Assembly: GCF_963921235.1 (NCBI RefSeq)
Contig: NC_086097.1
Coordinates: forward strand, 54,500,001-54,564,000
Reading direction: 5' to 3'
From: Mobula hypostoma
Taxonomy: Eukaryota
DNA: 64,000 nt
The notes under the pieces are model-generated. The model saw only the letters and a program-made list of their open reading frames with translations, was not told the origin of the DNA and did not search any database. The position numbers were made by a program, and so were the translations under genes. Positions 1 through 13,326 of the stretch are shown one piece after another. The first letter of the stretch is position 1. Each line of letters opens with the position of its first letter.

Positions 1-2020
1 ATGGGTTTAATGTCTATTTTGGAATCGGGTGACAGGGGGAAGAAGCTGATTCTGAACCACACTGTGTGTGCCTTCAGGCTTCTGTACCTCCTTCCTGATG
101 GTAACAACGAGAAGAGGGCATGTCTTGAGTCATGGGGCCCTTATTAATGGATGCTGCCTTTCTGAGGCACCACTCCTTGAAGGTGTCTTGGATTATATGG
201 AGCCTAGTACCCAAGATGGAGCTAACTAATTTTACAACTTTCTGTAATTTCTTTTGGTCTTGTGCAGTAGCCCCCTGCCCCCCAAATACCACACGGTGAT
301 GCAGCATGTCAGAATGGTTCTATACATGTATAGAAGTTTTTGGGTGTTTTAGTTGACAAACCAAATCTCTTCAAATTCTTTATGAAATATAGCCACTGTC
401 TTGTGTTCTTTATAGCTGCATTGATATGTTGAGACCAGATTAGATCCTCTGAGATCTTGACACCCAGGAACTTGAAATTACTCTCTCTCCTCAATTCTGA
501 TCCTTCTGAGGACTGGTTCGTGTTCCCTCGTCTTACCCTCCCTGAAGTCCACAATCAGTTCCTTTGTCTTACTAACTTTGAGTGTAAGGTTGTTGCTGCA
601 ACACCACTCAACCAGCTGGTATATCTCACTCCTGTACGCCTTCTCATCTTTATCTGTGATTCTACCAACAATGGTTGTATCATCAGCAAGTTGATGGATG
701 GCATTTGAGCTATGCCTAGTGACATAGTCATGGGTGTAGAGGGAGTAAAGCAGTGGGCTAAGCACACACCCATGAGATGCACCAGTGTTAATTGTCAGTG
801 AGGAGGAGATATTATCAGCAATCCATGCAGATTGTATTCTTCCAGTTAGGAAGTCAAAGGATCTAATTGCAGAGGAAGGTACAGAGGCCCAGGTTCTGTA
901 GCTTATTGATCAGGACTGTGAGAATGCTGATGTTAAATACTGAGCTATTGTCATCGAACAGCATCCTGACGTAGGTGTTTGTATTATCGAGGTGATCTAA
1001 GGCCGTGTGAAGAGCCATTGAGATTGTGTCTGCCGTAGACCTATTGTGGTGACAGGCAAATTGCAGTGCGTCCCGGTCCTCGCTGAGGCAGGAGTTCATT
1101 CTAGCCATGACCCTCTCAAACCATTTAATCACCGTAGATGTGAGTGCATTGGACAGTAGTCGTTAAAGCATCTCACATTACTCTTCTTAGGCACTGGTAT
1201 AATCGGTGCTTTTGATTTGGGAATGTACAGCAAGTTTTCATAGGCACACATTCTTCCAAACAGGTTTTAATGAAGTTGGTAACAACTGCAGCATTCTCAT
1301 CCAGATTGGAAGATGAATCCCTGAATACAATCTAGTCCACCAATTCAAAGCAGTCCTGTAAACACTCTTGTGCTTCCTTTGTCCATACCTCCTTGGTCCT
1401 CACTACTGGTGCTGCAAGTCTCCAATTTCTGCCTGTACTCAGGGATAGAAGTACAGCCAGGTGATCAGACTTTCTGAAGTGTGGGTGTGGAATAGCAAGG
1501 TAGGCACTCTTGATCTTAGAGTAACAGTGATACAGTGTGGTGTTTCCTCTGGTACTACTAGGTATGTTGAGTACAACATACTCTGGTATGTTGGCTGCTT
1601 TCCTGAGAGAACAGAAAGCATAGACAGTGAGTAGAGGGTAGCTGGTTTTCATGATGGACTGGACTACATACACAACTCTCAGCAATTTATTGCAGTTGTG
1701 GATAGAACAGTTTCCATAGCAAGCTGTGATGCATCCGGGCATGATGCTTTCTGTGGTGTTTTTCTCAAAATGGGTGAGAGTCATTGGGGGCAGATTGAAT
1801 TGCTGAGGAAGTAGAAGCACAGGTGTGCTTTCTTGGGCCTAGTCTCCATGCTGCTGGACTAGGAAAAATTCTTGGTGATATTTATACCTAGAAACATGAA
1901 GCTTTCAACCATCTTCACCTGACTGATACAGATAAGGGCATGTACTCCACTATGCTTCATGAAAACAATGACCAGCTGTTTTGTTTTTGTGGCATTGAAG
2001 GAGAGGTTGTTGTTTTGACA
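1..2020 (-). mobile_element. Decayed Rex1/Babar-type non-LTR retrotransposon fragments (at least two pieces)
   Basis: Minus-strand peptides LSPLLYSLYTHD...LADDTTIVGRI...VSKTKELIVDFR, NRSTADTISMALH and PHFRKSDHLAVLL, broken by frameshifts and deletions. Confidence 0.85.
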
Positions 2021-2149
2021 TTCCGTCTTACTGTACGCCAGTAAGATCTAGATCTGGTATTGGATCTCGATTAATCCATAGTTTCCAGTTAGAGAACACG
2101 AGGAATGACTTATTTGTACATAGTGACTGATTTTCTTTCCATGTGAACT

Positions 2150-2390
2150 TGTTATCCACAAATCCATGTGCTACACTCTTGTTGCCAGCATTCCGTGCTC
2201 ATGACCAAGCCGAGATGAGGTGACCGTTTTGCATGGCATTTGTTCTCTCTCCAGTGGTATCCTGAGCTTCCAGTTACGTGCCTTTTGACACCCCACTGTG
2301 ATTCTTTGATTAACCTGTCTGTCCTTGGCCTTCTGCTGTGGTGTAGCCAATTGCAAACAAGAAGATAGTACCTAGTTTTCTGCAAGTAGC
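2150..2390 (+). mobile_element. Old Penelope-like GIY-YIG region remnant
   Basis: Diverged similarity by eye to the reverse complement of 10280-10480 (ggtgaccgttttgc...cttccagtt...gtccttggccttctg). Confidence 0.45.
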
Positions 2391-2609
2391 AAAGATGTGA
2401 TGATCAGGAGTACACAGTATTACATCTGTAGTCTAAAAGGTACAGTATTTTTATAAATTCAATTCTCGCATGATTTCCCTCCTCACATAACACAGAAAAT
2501 GGCCAAGAAAAGCAACTGTCTCATATTGTTGTATGTGAATTTGTAATGTATATATAGAATGTAACCGGGCTTGCAAGGCCAATATTTATTACTTATCCGA
2601 AAATAAGGT

Positions 2610-3229
2610 GAAGGAGAAGATGGCAGCGCGCCTGCGTGTGCGCAGCTGTCCGGTGAAAAATGATGTCGTACCTGTTAAATAGGGGTCGTGGACAAGTCTG
2701 ATTTGATGGAGAATGGACGTGCAAGCACAGAGGAACATCTGGAGAAATTTCTGAAACGCCTGTCCGCTGCTGTCGTTACTGTGTGGTCGGGAATCCTTCG
2801 GAGGGAAGGCCTCAAAATCCCCGGCCTTGCCTGCTTTTGGTGACCGAGAAGGAGGTCAAATCGTTCAGACAGAGATGGCGCTCAATACTCGGTGTCGGAG
2901 AGCTGATCAGAGCTCGAAGTTTTCGGATGACTCAGAGTCAGATTGTGGTCGGCATGGTAGGGAGCGTTTTTCTTCCTTCTCCTGTCTGCGTGAGATGTGG
3001 GACATTTGAGAAACTTTGAACTTTACTGTGCTCATGGACTTCTTCGTCAAGTTATGGTATTGTTACACTGTTTGTAACTATATGTTATAATTATGTGGTT
3101 TTGTCAGTTTTTTCAGACTTGGTTTGTCCTGTGTTTTGTGATATCACACCGGAGGAAATAATGTATAATTTCTTAATGCATGCATTACTAAATGACAATA
3201 AAAGAGGACTACGTGTCTTCATAATCATA
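2610..3229 (+). mobile_element. About 600-bp non-coding interspersed repeat (non-autonomous retroelement), copy 1
   Basis: Aligns end to end with 53408-54025 (-) and partly with 13327-13893 (+); starts ggagaagatggc, ends aaatgacaataaaagaggac...cataatc. Confidence 0.85.
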
Positions 3230-3879
3230 AATATCCATGGAAAAATTTGTGAAATTTCCCTGAATCACTGCAATGCATCTGATGAAGATTCTGTCTGAGG
3301 GCTTTTGGATGGGAAGTTATAATAATTGGACTTGGCAATAATGTTATAATAGTAATATATTGTGCATGACTGGGAGAAGAATTTGAAGTGATGTTTAGCA
3401 GACTTGCAACATGTGTCATAACAGTAGAAGTCATGGGATTGAGAGTTACTATTGAAGAAGCCTTAGTGAAATATTGCAGTGTATTTTGCTAATGATTCAC
3501 ACAGCAGGCACTGAATCTCTTGGTAATAATAACATTACTATCTTTAGAGATCCTGTGGGCAAGCAGTGCAAGAAACCACCTCTTTCATAGTATCATCATC
3601 ATACAATATTTGTACTCCTTTGTTTTCTTTGACCATCTAAATAGATTTATTTGTGTTTCTTCAGATTTAATTCACTTCAGATTGATTTTACTACTTCTAT
3701 GTCTTTTAAGTTTGTTTTTCATCTTGAACGTGATTCTTGAACTGTTGGGAGTCTATGGTTTGCAATTTGGAGATCGTTTGGGTGTTTCAGCACTCTGCAG
3801 TCTCCAAGGGGATTCCTGGAAGCAGAGGCAGTGTGCGAGGACCTCATGACGAGAAGATTGAGAGCCGATGCTCAACTCC

Positions 3880-4325
3880 ATTTCTCTATTTAAAGCCTCC
3901 ATTGTTCACCGATCAAGGCAATGAGGGAGATTGAAATGCCAGCTGCCTGTCTTTTTATTGCTGGGGGATTGCCAGAGAGAGGAAGACTGCCTTTTTATCA
4001 TTGGTGAGATCATTTTGCTATGGAGAGAGAGAATGTTGCTCAGGTTTTCTACGTTTTGGATGTACTTGGACTGTGGACTTTTTTTCAGTCTTATGGCTTT
4101 TTTGTATTCTGTGTTTTTCGCCCAATCTTTCTCAGTTTTTTGTGTGGAGGAGAGGGATTTGGAGGTCAATATGCCTGTTCCAGTATTGTTCGTTTATTTT
4201 GTGCGGGGAGCAAGGTTTTGGGAGGTGATGATCATGCTGCCTTTCGTTTCTTTCTCGGTTTCATAGCTATCTGAAGAAGAATAATTTCAGAGTTGTGTAC
4301 TTTGATAATAAAAGAGCCTTTGAAT
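3880..4325 (+). mobile_element. Non-coding element ending in a Rex1/Babar-type 3' tail
   Basis: Ends aagaagaataatttcagagttgtgtactttgataataaa, like the tails of the Rex copies at 45965-46045 and 57725-57790. Confidence 0.5.
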
Positions 4326-4814
4326 TCCATTCGCTTGCCCATCGAACCTAAGCCATTGATATCTAATGTAGTCTGGAATTTGCTTTCTTGTTATCAGTCA
4401 CTTTGCTAATTTTTATATCACTTGTGAATGTACTAATTATGACCTTTATATTTAATCTCAAATCATTAACCCATATGATTTTATCAAAGTTGCAGCTGAG
4501 TTGCAGAGAAATCAGAAAAAAATGGCAGATATTTTGTCTTTATAATATTCAGTATGTACCTTTACCTGATGGCGATGGCAGAAGTTGTGGAGAATGCTGT
4601 GTTGGCGCATGGAATAGTAGTTGAGGACAAAGGGAGGCCTATCCCTATGTCGGGGTGGGGGGGGTGATGGGGTGAGGGCAGAGACGTGACAAATGAAGGA
4701 GATGTGGCTGAGGACAGTATTGATGGGGTGAAAGGAAAAGCTTATTTTATGAAAAAGGGGTCCTGGAATGGAAAGCCTCATCCTGAGAACAGATGAGGCA
4801 GAACTGGAAGAACA

Positions 4815-7800
4815 AGAGAGGGAAGGGGAAGAGTCAGGTACTAGAGAGTACCCCTGTGGCTGTCCCCTTGAACGATAAGTACTTCTGTTTGAGTACTGTT
4901 GGGGGGGACAGCCTACCTGGGGGAAGCAACAGTGGCCGTGCCTCTGGCACAAAGTCCGACCCTGTGGCTCAGAAGGGTAGGGAAAGGAAGAGAAAAGCAG
5001 TAGTGTAAGGAGACTCTATAGTTAGGGGGTCAGACAGGCTATTCTGTGGAGTCAGGAAAGAAACTCAGATGGTAGTTTGCCTCCCAGGTGCCAGGGTCCG
5101 CAATGTTTCAGATCGAGTCCACGATATCCTGCAGTGGGAAGGAGAACAGCCAGAGGTCGTGGTACATATTGGTACCAATGACATAGGTAGGAAAAGGGAA
5201 GAGGTCCTGAAAACAGACTATAGGGAGTTAAGAAGGAAGTTGAGAAGCAGGACCGCAAAGGTACTAATCTCGGGATTACTGCCTATGCCACATGAGGGTG
5301 AGTACAGGAACAGAATGAGGTGGAGGATAAATGCATGGCTGAGGGATTGGAGCAGGGGGCAGGGATTTAGATTTCTGGATCATTGGGACCTCTTTTGGGG
5401 CAGATGTGACCTGTACAAAAAGGATGGGTTGCACTTGAATCCCAGGGGGGTCAATATCCTGGTGGAGAGGTTTGCTATGGCTACTGGGGAGAGTTTAAAC
5501 TAGAAATGTTGTGGGGTGGGAACCAAACTGAAGAGGCTGGGGAAGAGGCTTGTAGACAGTGCGAGAGGGAGGATAGGCAGGTGATAGAGAAGGGATGCAC
5601 TCAGACCAACGGTTTGAGATGTGTCTATTTTAACGCAAGGAGTATTGTGAACAAAGCGGATGAGCTTAGAGCATGGATCATTACTTGGAGCTATGATGTG
5701 GTGGCCATTACAGAGACTTGGATGGCTCAGGAACAGGAATGGTTATTTGAAATGACGGGTTTTAGATGTTTCAGAAAGGACAGGGAGGGAGGCAAAAGAG
5801 GTGGGGGCGTGGCACTGTTGATCGGAGATAGTGTCACAACTGCAGAAAAGGTAGATGTCATGGAGGGATTGTCTACAGAGTCTCTGTGGGTGGAGGTTAG
5901 GAACAGGAAGGGGTTAATAACTCAACTGGGTGTTTTTTATAGGCCGCCCAATAGTAACAGGGATATCAAGGAGCAGATAGGGAAACAGATCCTGGAAAGG
6001 TGTAATAATAACAGAATTGCTGTGGTGGGAGATTTTAATTTCCCAAATATCAATTGGCATCTCCCTAGAGCGAGGGGTTTAGATGGGGTGGAATTTGTTA
6101 GGTGTGTTCAGGAAGGTTTCTTGACACAATATGTAGATAAGCCTACAAGAGGAGAGATGTACTTGATTTGGTATTGGGAAATGAACCTGGTCAGGTGTCA
6201 GATCTCTCAGTGGGAGAGCACTTTGGAGATAGTAATCATAATTCTATCTCCTTTACAAGATAGGAATGGAAAGGTGTTTAATTGGAGTAGGGGGAATTAT
6301 GAGGCTATCAGGCAGGAACTTGGAAGCTTAAATTGGGAATGGATGTTCTCGGGGAAAGGTATGGAACAAATGCCGCAAATGTTCAGGGGATATTTGTGTG
6401 GAGTTCTGCACAGGTACGTTCCAATGAGAAAGGGAAGTTATGGTAGGGTATAGGAACCATGGTGTACAAAGGCTGTAATAAATCTAGTCAAGAAAAGAAA
6501 AGCTTACAAAAGGTTCAGAGAGCTAGGTAATGTTAGAGATCTAGAAGATTATAAGGCTAACAGGAAGGAGCTTAAGAAGGAAATTAGGAGAGCCAGAAAG
6601 GGCCATGAGAAGGCCTTGGCAGGCAGGATTAAAGAAAACCCCAAGGCATTCTACAAGTATGTGAAGAGCAAGAAGATAAGACGTGAAAGAATAGGACCTA
6701 TCAAGTGTGACAGTGGGGAAGTGTGTATGGAACCAGAGGAAATAGCAGAGGTACTTAATGAATACTTCAGTATTCACTATGGAAAAGGATCTTGGTGATT
6801 GTAGTGATGACTTGAGCATGTAGATATTAAGAAAGAGGATGTGCTGGAGCTTTTGGAAAGCATCAAGTTGGATAAGTCACAGGGATCGGACGAGATGTAC
6901 CCCAGGCTACTGTGGGAAGCGAGGGAGGAAATTGCTGAGCTTCTGGCGATGATCTTTGCATCATCAATTGGGACAGGAGAGTTTCCGGAGGATTGGAGGG
7001 TTGCGGATGTTGTTCCCTTATTCGAGAAAGGGAGTAGAGATAGCCTAGGAAATTATAGACCAGTGAGTCTTACTTCAGTGGTTAGTAAGTTGATGGAGAA
7101 GATCCTGAGAGGCAGGATTTATGAACATTTGGAGAGGTATAATATGATTAGGAATAGTCAGCAAGGCTTTGTCAAGGGCAGGTCGTGCCTTACCAGCCTG
7201 ATTGAATTTTTTGAGGATGTGACTAAACACATTGATGAAGGAAGAGCAGTAGATGTAGTGTATATGGATTTCAGCAATGCATTTGATAAGGTACCCCATA
7301 CAAGGCTTATTGAGAAAGTAAGGAGACATGGGATCCAAATGGACATTGCTTTGTGGATCCAGAACTGGCTTGCCCACAGAAGGCAAAGAGTGGTCGTAGA
7401 TGGGTCATATTCTGCATGGGGATCGGTGACCAGTGGTGTGCCTCAGGGATCTGTTCTGGGACCCTTACTCTACGTGATTTTTATAAATGACCTGGATGAC
7501 GCAGTGGAGGGATGGGTTAGTAAGTTTGCTGATGACACAAAGGTGTTGGGAGTGTTGTGGGTAGTGTGGAGAGCTGTCAGAGGTTACAGCGGGACATCAA
7601 TAGGATGTGAAACTGGGCTGAGAAGTGGCAGATGGAGTTCAACCTAGATAAGTGTGAAGTGGTTCATTTTGGTAGGTCAAATATGATGGCAGAATATAGT
7701 ATTAATGGTAAGACTTGGCAGTGTGGAGGATCAGAGGAATCTTGGGGTCCGAGTCCCTAGAACGCTCAAAGCAACTGCGCAGGTTGACTCTGGTTAAGAA

Positions 7801-8612
7801 AGCATATGGTGTATTGGCCTTCATCAATCGTGGAATTGAATTTAGGAGCCATGAGGCAATGTTGCAGCTATATAGGACCCTGGTCAGGTCCCACTTGGAG
7901 TACTGTGCTCAGTTCTGGTTGCCTCACTACAGGAAGGATGTGGAAACCATAGAAAGGGTGCAGAGCAGATCTACAAGGATGTTTAAACGCAAACAACAGG
8001 AATTCTGCAGATGCTGGAAATTCAAGCAACATACATCAATGTTGCTGGTGAACGCAGCAGGCCAAGCAGCATCTGTAGCATCTGAAACATCGACTGCACC
8101 TCTTCCTACAGATGCTGCTTGGCCTGCTGCGTTCACCAGCAACTTTGATGTATGCTACAAGGATGTTGCCTGGATTGGGGAGCATGTCTTATGAAAACCG
8201 GTTGAGTGAACTTGGCCTTTTCTCCTTGGAGAGATGGAAGATGAGAGGTGACCTGATGGAGGTGTGTAAGATGATGAGAGGCATTGGTCGTGTGGATAGT
8301 CAGAGGCTTTTTCCCAGGGCTGAAATGGCTGCCACAAGAGGGCAGTTTTAAGGTTCTTGGAAGTAGGTACAGAGGAGATGTTGGGGTAAGTTTTTTACAC
8401 AGAGATTGGTGAGCGCACGGAAAGGGCAACGGTGGTGGAGGCAGATACGATAGGTTCTTTTAAGAGACTTTTGGATAGGTACATAGAGCTTAGTAAAACA
8501 GAGGGCTATCGGTAACCCTCGTAATTTCTAAGGTAGGGACATCTTCGGCACAACTTTGTGGGCCGAAGGGCCTGTATTGTGCTGTAGGTTTTGTAGGTTT
8601 TCTATGTTTCTA
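4815..8612 (+). mobile_element. Near-full-length decayed CR1 LINE: ORF1 SGNH esterase, ORF2 APE endonuclease and reverse transcriptase, 3' tail
   Basis: Esterase motifs GDS(IVRG), VVVHIGTNDI, DGLHLN; EN motifs YFNARSIVNK, ITETW, VGDFNFP; RT motifs [26 protein letters not shown]; 3' end gggccgaagggcctgt...ttctatgtttcta. Several stops and frameshifts. Confidence 0.95.
7984..8154. mobile_element. 171-bp Penelope-terminal-repeat-derived hairpin insertion inside the CR1
   Basis: 13-bp TSD ctacaaggatgtt (7971-7983, 8155-8167); inverted arms 8030-8078 and 8106-8154 match at 48/49. Confidence 0.9.
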
Positions 8613-8619
8613 ACTGAGA

Positions 8620-9370
8620 GAATGGTAGGAAGATTATAATCAAAAATAACTGTGGGTATCGATGGATTTGTAAAAGATGTTGGAAGATAATCTGGAGATG
8701 GAGACAAAGATCAAAAAAGAGGAGGGAGGTGTCAGAAATAGGCCAAGTAAATTTGAGAGCGAGGTGGAGGGCAGTGTGTTCCAAGGGTTTGAAGTTGGAA
8801 TAGGTCAGGGGAGTTGTGAAGTTGAGATGGTTGATGTTCTACCAGAGCAGACAGAAGACCAGAGCAGGGGGTCCAAAAGGAGGGTGAGGTTTGAAGATGG
8901 GAGAAGAGGGTCATCCGTGGTGGGTGGGGTTATCCTTGCCAAAGAAATAGAGACAGAGGTGACAGAAGAAGAGTTCAGTATTATGGCAGGCTTGGACCTC
9001 AGTGTGGTGTGGCTCAACAGACAAAGATTCCACTTCAGGGAGGAGAAGGTAAGAGAGGATGGTGAAGACACTGCAGGAGTTAGAGCTGGGTTAGTGGACG
9101 GCAGAGGTTGGAGGGGAGAGAGGAGTGTTGAAAAGTCTGGTGAAGAAGATCCTAGCTTCTCATGTTGTTCCCTTTATTCCTCCCCCCTGCGGACTTAGCA
9201 GCTTGTACTCCTACGTGTTTTTTTTTAATTCTTGCTTTCACTCCTTTCCTTTCCAATCCTGATGAAGGGTCTCATCCCGAAACATTAATTTCCCTCCATA
9301 AATACTTTTTGACCTACTGAGTTCCTCCAGCATTTTGTATGTGGTGTTTAGCATCTGCAGAATCTCTTGT
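8620..9370. mobile_element. Decayed Penelope-like element: minus-strand body pieces plus a + strand terminal repeat with degenerate hammerhead motif
   Basis: ctgatgaagggtctcatcccgaaacatt at 9259-9286 followed by gagttcctccagcattttgt...agcatctgcag, as in the other Penelope termini. Confidence 0.65.
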
Positions 9371-9749
9371 GGAATCATATTTGACACTGGCTTAAGTTGC
9401 TGGTGGTTTGATGAAACTGCCCATCCAAATTATATTTTTTGCTTCTCCTTACTTTTTTCTCCATGTGCACCCAGCCCATGTTAGCCTTACTGGCCTGTCA
9501 TCATTCGTGGTGTCAGGTTCAGTGTGCCTCTTTTTACAAGCTTACTTCCGTGTATTATTTAGCTGGTACTTGAACTAAGTTGGTCAAAGTTGGAAGAAAT
9601 GTATCGGTATCTCAGATCAAGCATCCTGCATCATCTCCTGCATTAGGCTGTAAATTGTTATGGACCACTGTTAAATTATGTTTTTGTGTGCAAGTCCTTG
9701 GAAATGTTAAATGTTAATCAAGCATTCTAATACAAGTTGGTTCTGGTAA

Positions 9750-10924
9750 TCAAGCAACACACACAAAATGCTGGAGGAACCCAGCAAGCCAGGCAGCATC
9801 TATGGGAAAGAGTACAGTCAACATTTCAGGTTGAGACCCTTCAGGACTGGAGGGAAAAAAAAATGAGAACAAGTAAGGTGGTGGGGAGAGGGGAGGAAGA
9901 AACGCAAGGTAATAGGTGAAACCGGGAAGGGGGAAGGGTGAAGTAAGAGAGCTGGGAAGTTGTTTAGTGAAAGAGATACAGGGCTGGAGAAGGGGGAATC
10001 TGATAGGAGAGGACAGAAAGCCATGGAAGAAAGAAAAGGGGGAAGGGTACCAGAGGGAGGTGATGGGCAAATAAGGAGATAAGGTCAGAGTGGGGAATGG
10101 TGAAGTGAGGGTGGAAATACCAGAAGTTCAAGAAATCTATGTTCATGCCATCAGATTGGAGACAACACAGACTGAATAGGGTCTCGGCCTGAAACGTCGA
10201 CTGTACCTCTTTCTAGAGATGCTGCCTGGCCTGCTGCGTTCACCAGCAACTTTGATGTGTGTTGACAGACTGAATATAAGCTGCTGCTCCTCCAACCTGA
10301 GTGTGGCCTCATTGCAACAGTAGAGGAAGCCATGGACTGACATGTCAGGATGGGAATAGGGAGTGGAATTAAAATCAGTGGCCACTGGGTGATCCCGCTT
10401 TTTTTGGTGGATGGAGCGTAGGTACTCAGTGAAGCAATCTCCTTGTCTACGTCAGGTCTCACCGATATACAGGAGGCCACACCAGGTACCGTAGATGACC
10501 CCAACAGACTCTCAAGTGAAGTGCCACCTCCTCTGGAAAGACTGTTCAGGGCCCTGAATGGTAGTCAGGGGGAAGGTGTAGCACTTGTTCTGCTTGCAAG
10601 GATAAATGCCAGATCAGTGGGAAGGGACGAATGGACAAAAGAGTTACGTAGGGAGCGAACCCTGCGGAAAGCAGAAAGTGTGGGGTGGGGAGAGATGTAC
10701 TTGAGGTGGGATCCTGTTGGAGCTGGTGGAAGTACGAAGAATTATGTGCTGGGGTGGTAGGTGAGGACAAGAGCCCTCTCCCTGGTGGACTAGCGGGAGG
10801 ATGGGGGTGAGGGCAGACATGCAGCATGTCTTTTCCATAGATGCTGCCTGGCCTGCTGAATTCCTCCAGCATTTTGTGTGTACTGTATTGCTTTAATTTC
10901 TAGCATCTGCAGAATTTCTGTTTG
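9750..10924 (-). mobile_element. Truncated Penelope-like element with GIY-YIG C-terminal remnant and inverted terminal repeat
   Basis: 12-bp TSD tggttctggtaa (9738-9749, 10925-10936); peptides ATDFNSTPYSHPDMSVHG...LRLEEQQLIF and MNIDFLNF; 10829-10924 is the terminal repeat inverted relative to 9750-9850. Confidence 0.85.
10179..10264 (+). mobile_element. 86-bp Penelope-terminus insertion nested in the older Penelope element
   Basis: 12-bp TSD acagactgaata (10167-10178, 10265-10276); contains ggtctcggcctgaaacgtcgactg...ctgcgttcaccagcaactttgatgtg. Confidence 0.88.
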
Positions 10925-11109
10925 TGGTTCTGGTAACCATGTTATTTAAATATGTCTCCAAACTTGTATCTGTACTTTGTTGATAACAAATCATCTTCCT
11001 CATATGGATGATAATGAATGATTAATGACAACTTTGCTGGTTATTGCATCTGTCAAACATTTAATTAGTTTTCCTCCACATTAATAATCATCTGTGAAAA
11101 GTATATTTT

Positions 11110-11356
11110 ATCTTTATTTTGTTATTTTATTTGAAGGTACAGCAGAGTAACAGGCAATTCTGGCCCAATGAGTCTGAGCCACCAATTGGCAGCCACGTGA
11201 CCAGTTAACCTGCTAACCCATATGTTTTTGGTATATGGGAGGAAACCACACGGTCACAGGGGAAAAAAAGAAACTCCTTTACAGACGGCGATGGGAATTG
11301 AACCCAGGTCACTGGCGCTCTAAAGTATTGCACTAACCGCTACATTACTTTGCCAG
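11110..11356 (-). mobile_element. tRNA-derived SINE (V-SINE/HE1-like)
   Basis: Reverse strand has A-box-like gtagcggttag and B-box gggttcaattccc, central ggagttt...ggtttcctccc domain and A-rich tail. Confidence 0.75.
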
Positions 11357-11604
11357 CCAATTCAAAGCTTTTTGTTCCTTAGAGGATCTATTATTGCTGC
11401 TCACTCTCACTTCATTCTTAACAATCTGATTCCCGAAATTTGAGACAAAGTAAACACCTCAGACAGCTGAATAGTTGCTGACTGGAATCCTGAGTAGTAC
11501 TCAAGACTTGTCAGCAGTTTCACACAGTACATGATAGATGATTACTATGATGTGTACTATTGTTTGTTGAAGACTGCGATATTTGATGTTTGTTGTGAAA
11601 GTTC

Positions 11605-12250
11605 TAAAAGTTCAAAGTAAATTTATTATAAAAGTACATGTATATCACCATATACAACCCTGAGATTCATTTTATTTTGAGCATTCACAGTAAATTCAAA
11701 GAAACAAAACAAGATAATAATATATAAGCAATAAATATCCAGAACTTGAGATGAAGAGTCCTGAAAGTGAAGCCATCGGTTATGGGAACAGTTCAGTGTT
11801 GGAGTGAGTGAAGTTATCTCCTCTGGTTTAAGAGCCTGATGGTTGAGGGGTAACAACCATTCCTGAACCTGGTGGTGTGTGTCCCAAGGCTCCTGTACCT
11901 CCTTCCTGTTGAGAAGAGAGCATGGCTTGGATGGTGGAGGTCTTTGATAATGGATGCTGCTTTCCTGCAACAGTGCTCCATGTAGATGTGCTCAATAGTG
12001 GGGAGGGCTTTACCCATGATGGACTGGGCTGTATCCACTATTTTTTTTGTTGACTTTTTTGTTCAAGGGCATTGGTGTTTCAAACCAATCTGAGATATAT
12101 ATGGCCTTGCAGTCATAGGTAAAAGGTGAATAGGACAGGGGGCTAAGCACACAGCTTTGTGGTGCAATTCTGTTGATGATTGTGGAGGAGATTTTGTTGC
12201 CAATCTGAACTAACTGAGATATGCAAGTGAGGAAATCAAGAAAATACTGA
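11605..12250 (-). mobile_element. Rex1/Babar 3' fragment
   Basis: AQSIMGKALPTIEHIY...GRRYRSL...TTRFRN peptide and the shared 3' tail. Confidence 0.8.
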
Positions 12251-13326
12251 TAGCAGATGGTCAATAATTTAAAGAGCCTGTGTTTTATTGTCTGTTTAAA
12301 GGAATGGCATCAGCTTAGATTCCTGTTGTATGTAGTTGGTCACAGGGTTCCAATCACAAAACATAATTCTCTACTTCTTCCTCCTCTTAGTCACTTTTGG
12401 ATCCAGTTTCTTAAGTTGCCCTGGATCTTATTTAACCTTTGCAGTAGCTCTTCAGAAAATTAAAACACGTTTTTCAGTCAGGATCTGTCTTTAACCATGC
12501 TGACTATCCTTGATTAATCCTTGCCTCTCCAAGTATATTTTAATCCTGTTCCTCAGAATTTTCCCTGTTATTTCCCTACCAGTGATATTACACTCACTGC
12601 CCTGTAATTATCTGATTCATCCTGTCAGATTTCAGATACTACCATTTATCTGACATCTTAGCTCAGAGAAGATGTGAAAATTTCTATCAAACTCTTACTT
12701 TGTTTTCAATTGTTCAGGGAGGCAAGGCAGGAGACAGTCTGTGCCTCTGCGCACAGATTGCTATTCTGGTTCCTAATTGGCTTTAGCATTTCCAGTGTTA
12801 TCCTTGTGCTCTTAATATGCTTGAAATCCTTTCAGTATTTAATGTTCATTCACTGTTAAAAATTCAGGAGAGCAAAATTTTGCACAGTTAAATATTTTAT
12901 CCTCACTGGAAAACAGGCATGTCACCAAATGCAGATTGTGCTCCATTCTGAGAGAACCTATTATGAGGACTTTGCTAGTGAATTAATACATTTATTGGTA
13001 TTGCTTTATTATTGTTACATGTACCAAGATACAGTGAAAAGCTTGTTTTGCGTGCTATTTATACATATCAAATAAATGCACAATGTGTTTAGTTAGAATA
13101 AAGTAAAACAATAATGCAAAATAAAGTGTAAAAGCTATTTAAAAATGCAGTGCAAGATCATACTGAGGTGGACACTTGACCTCACAATCCATTTTATCGT
13201 ATACAAGGCCCATTCAAGTTTAAGTGTAATTGAATCATACACATGTATACATACAGTTAAATGAAATAGTGTTCCTCCGGGGCCGAGGTGCAAAACACAG
13301 TATCAACTGCAACATATAGCACATAG

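Noticed and set aside
7927..8194. Recurrent peptide LLVNAAGQAAS on both strands as a repeated protein domain
   Set aside because: Artefact of translating the palindromic Penelope-terminus repeat; also seen near 10200, 42000 and 61340.
8677..9198. 173-aa acidic ORF as a novel gene
   Set aside because: Antisense reading of a pyrimidine-rich decayed Penelope body; no splice or homology support.
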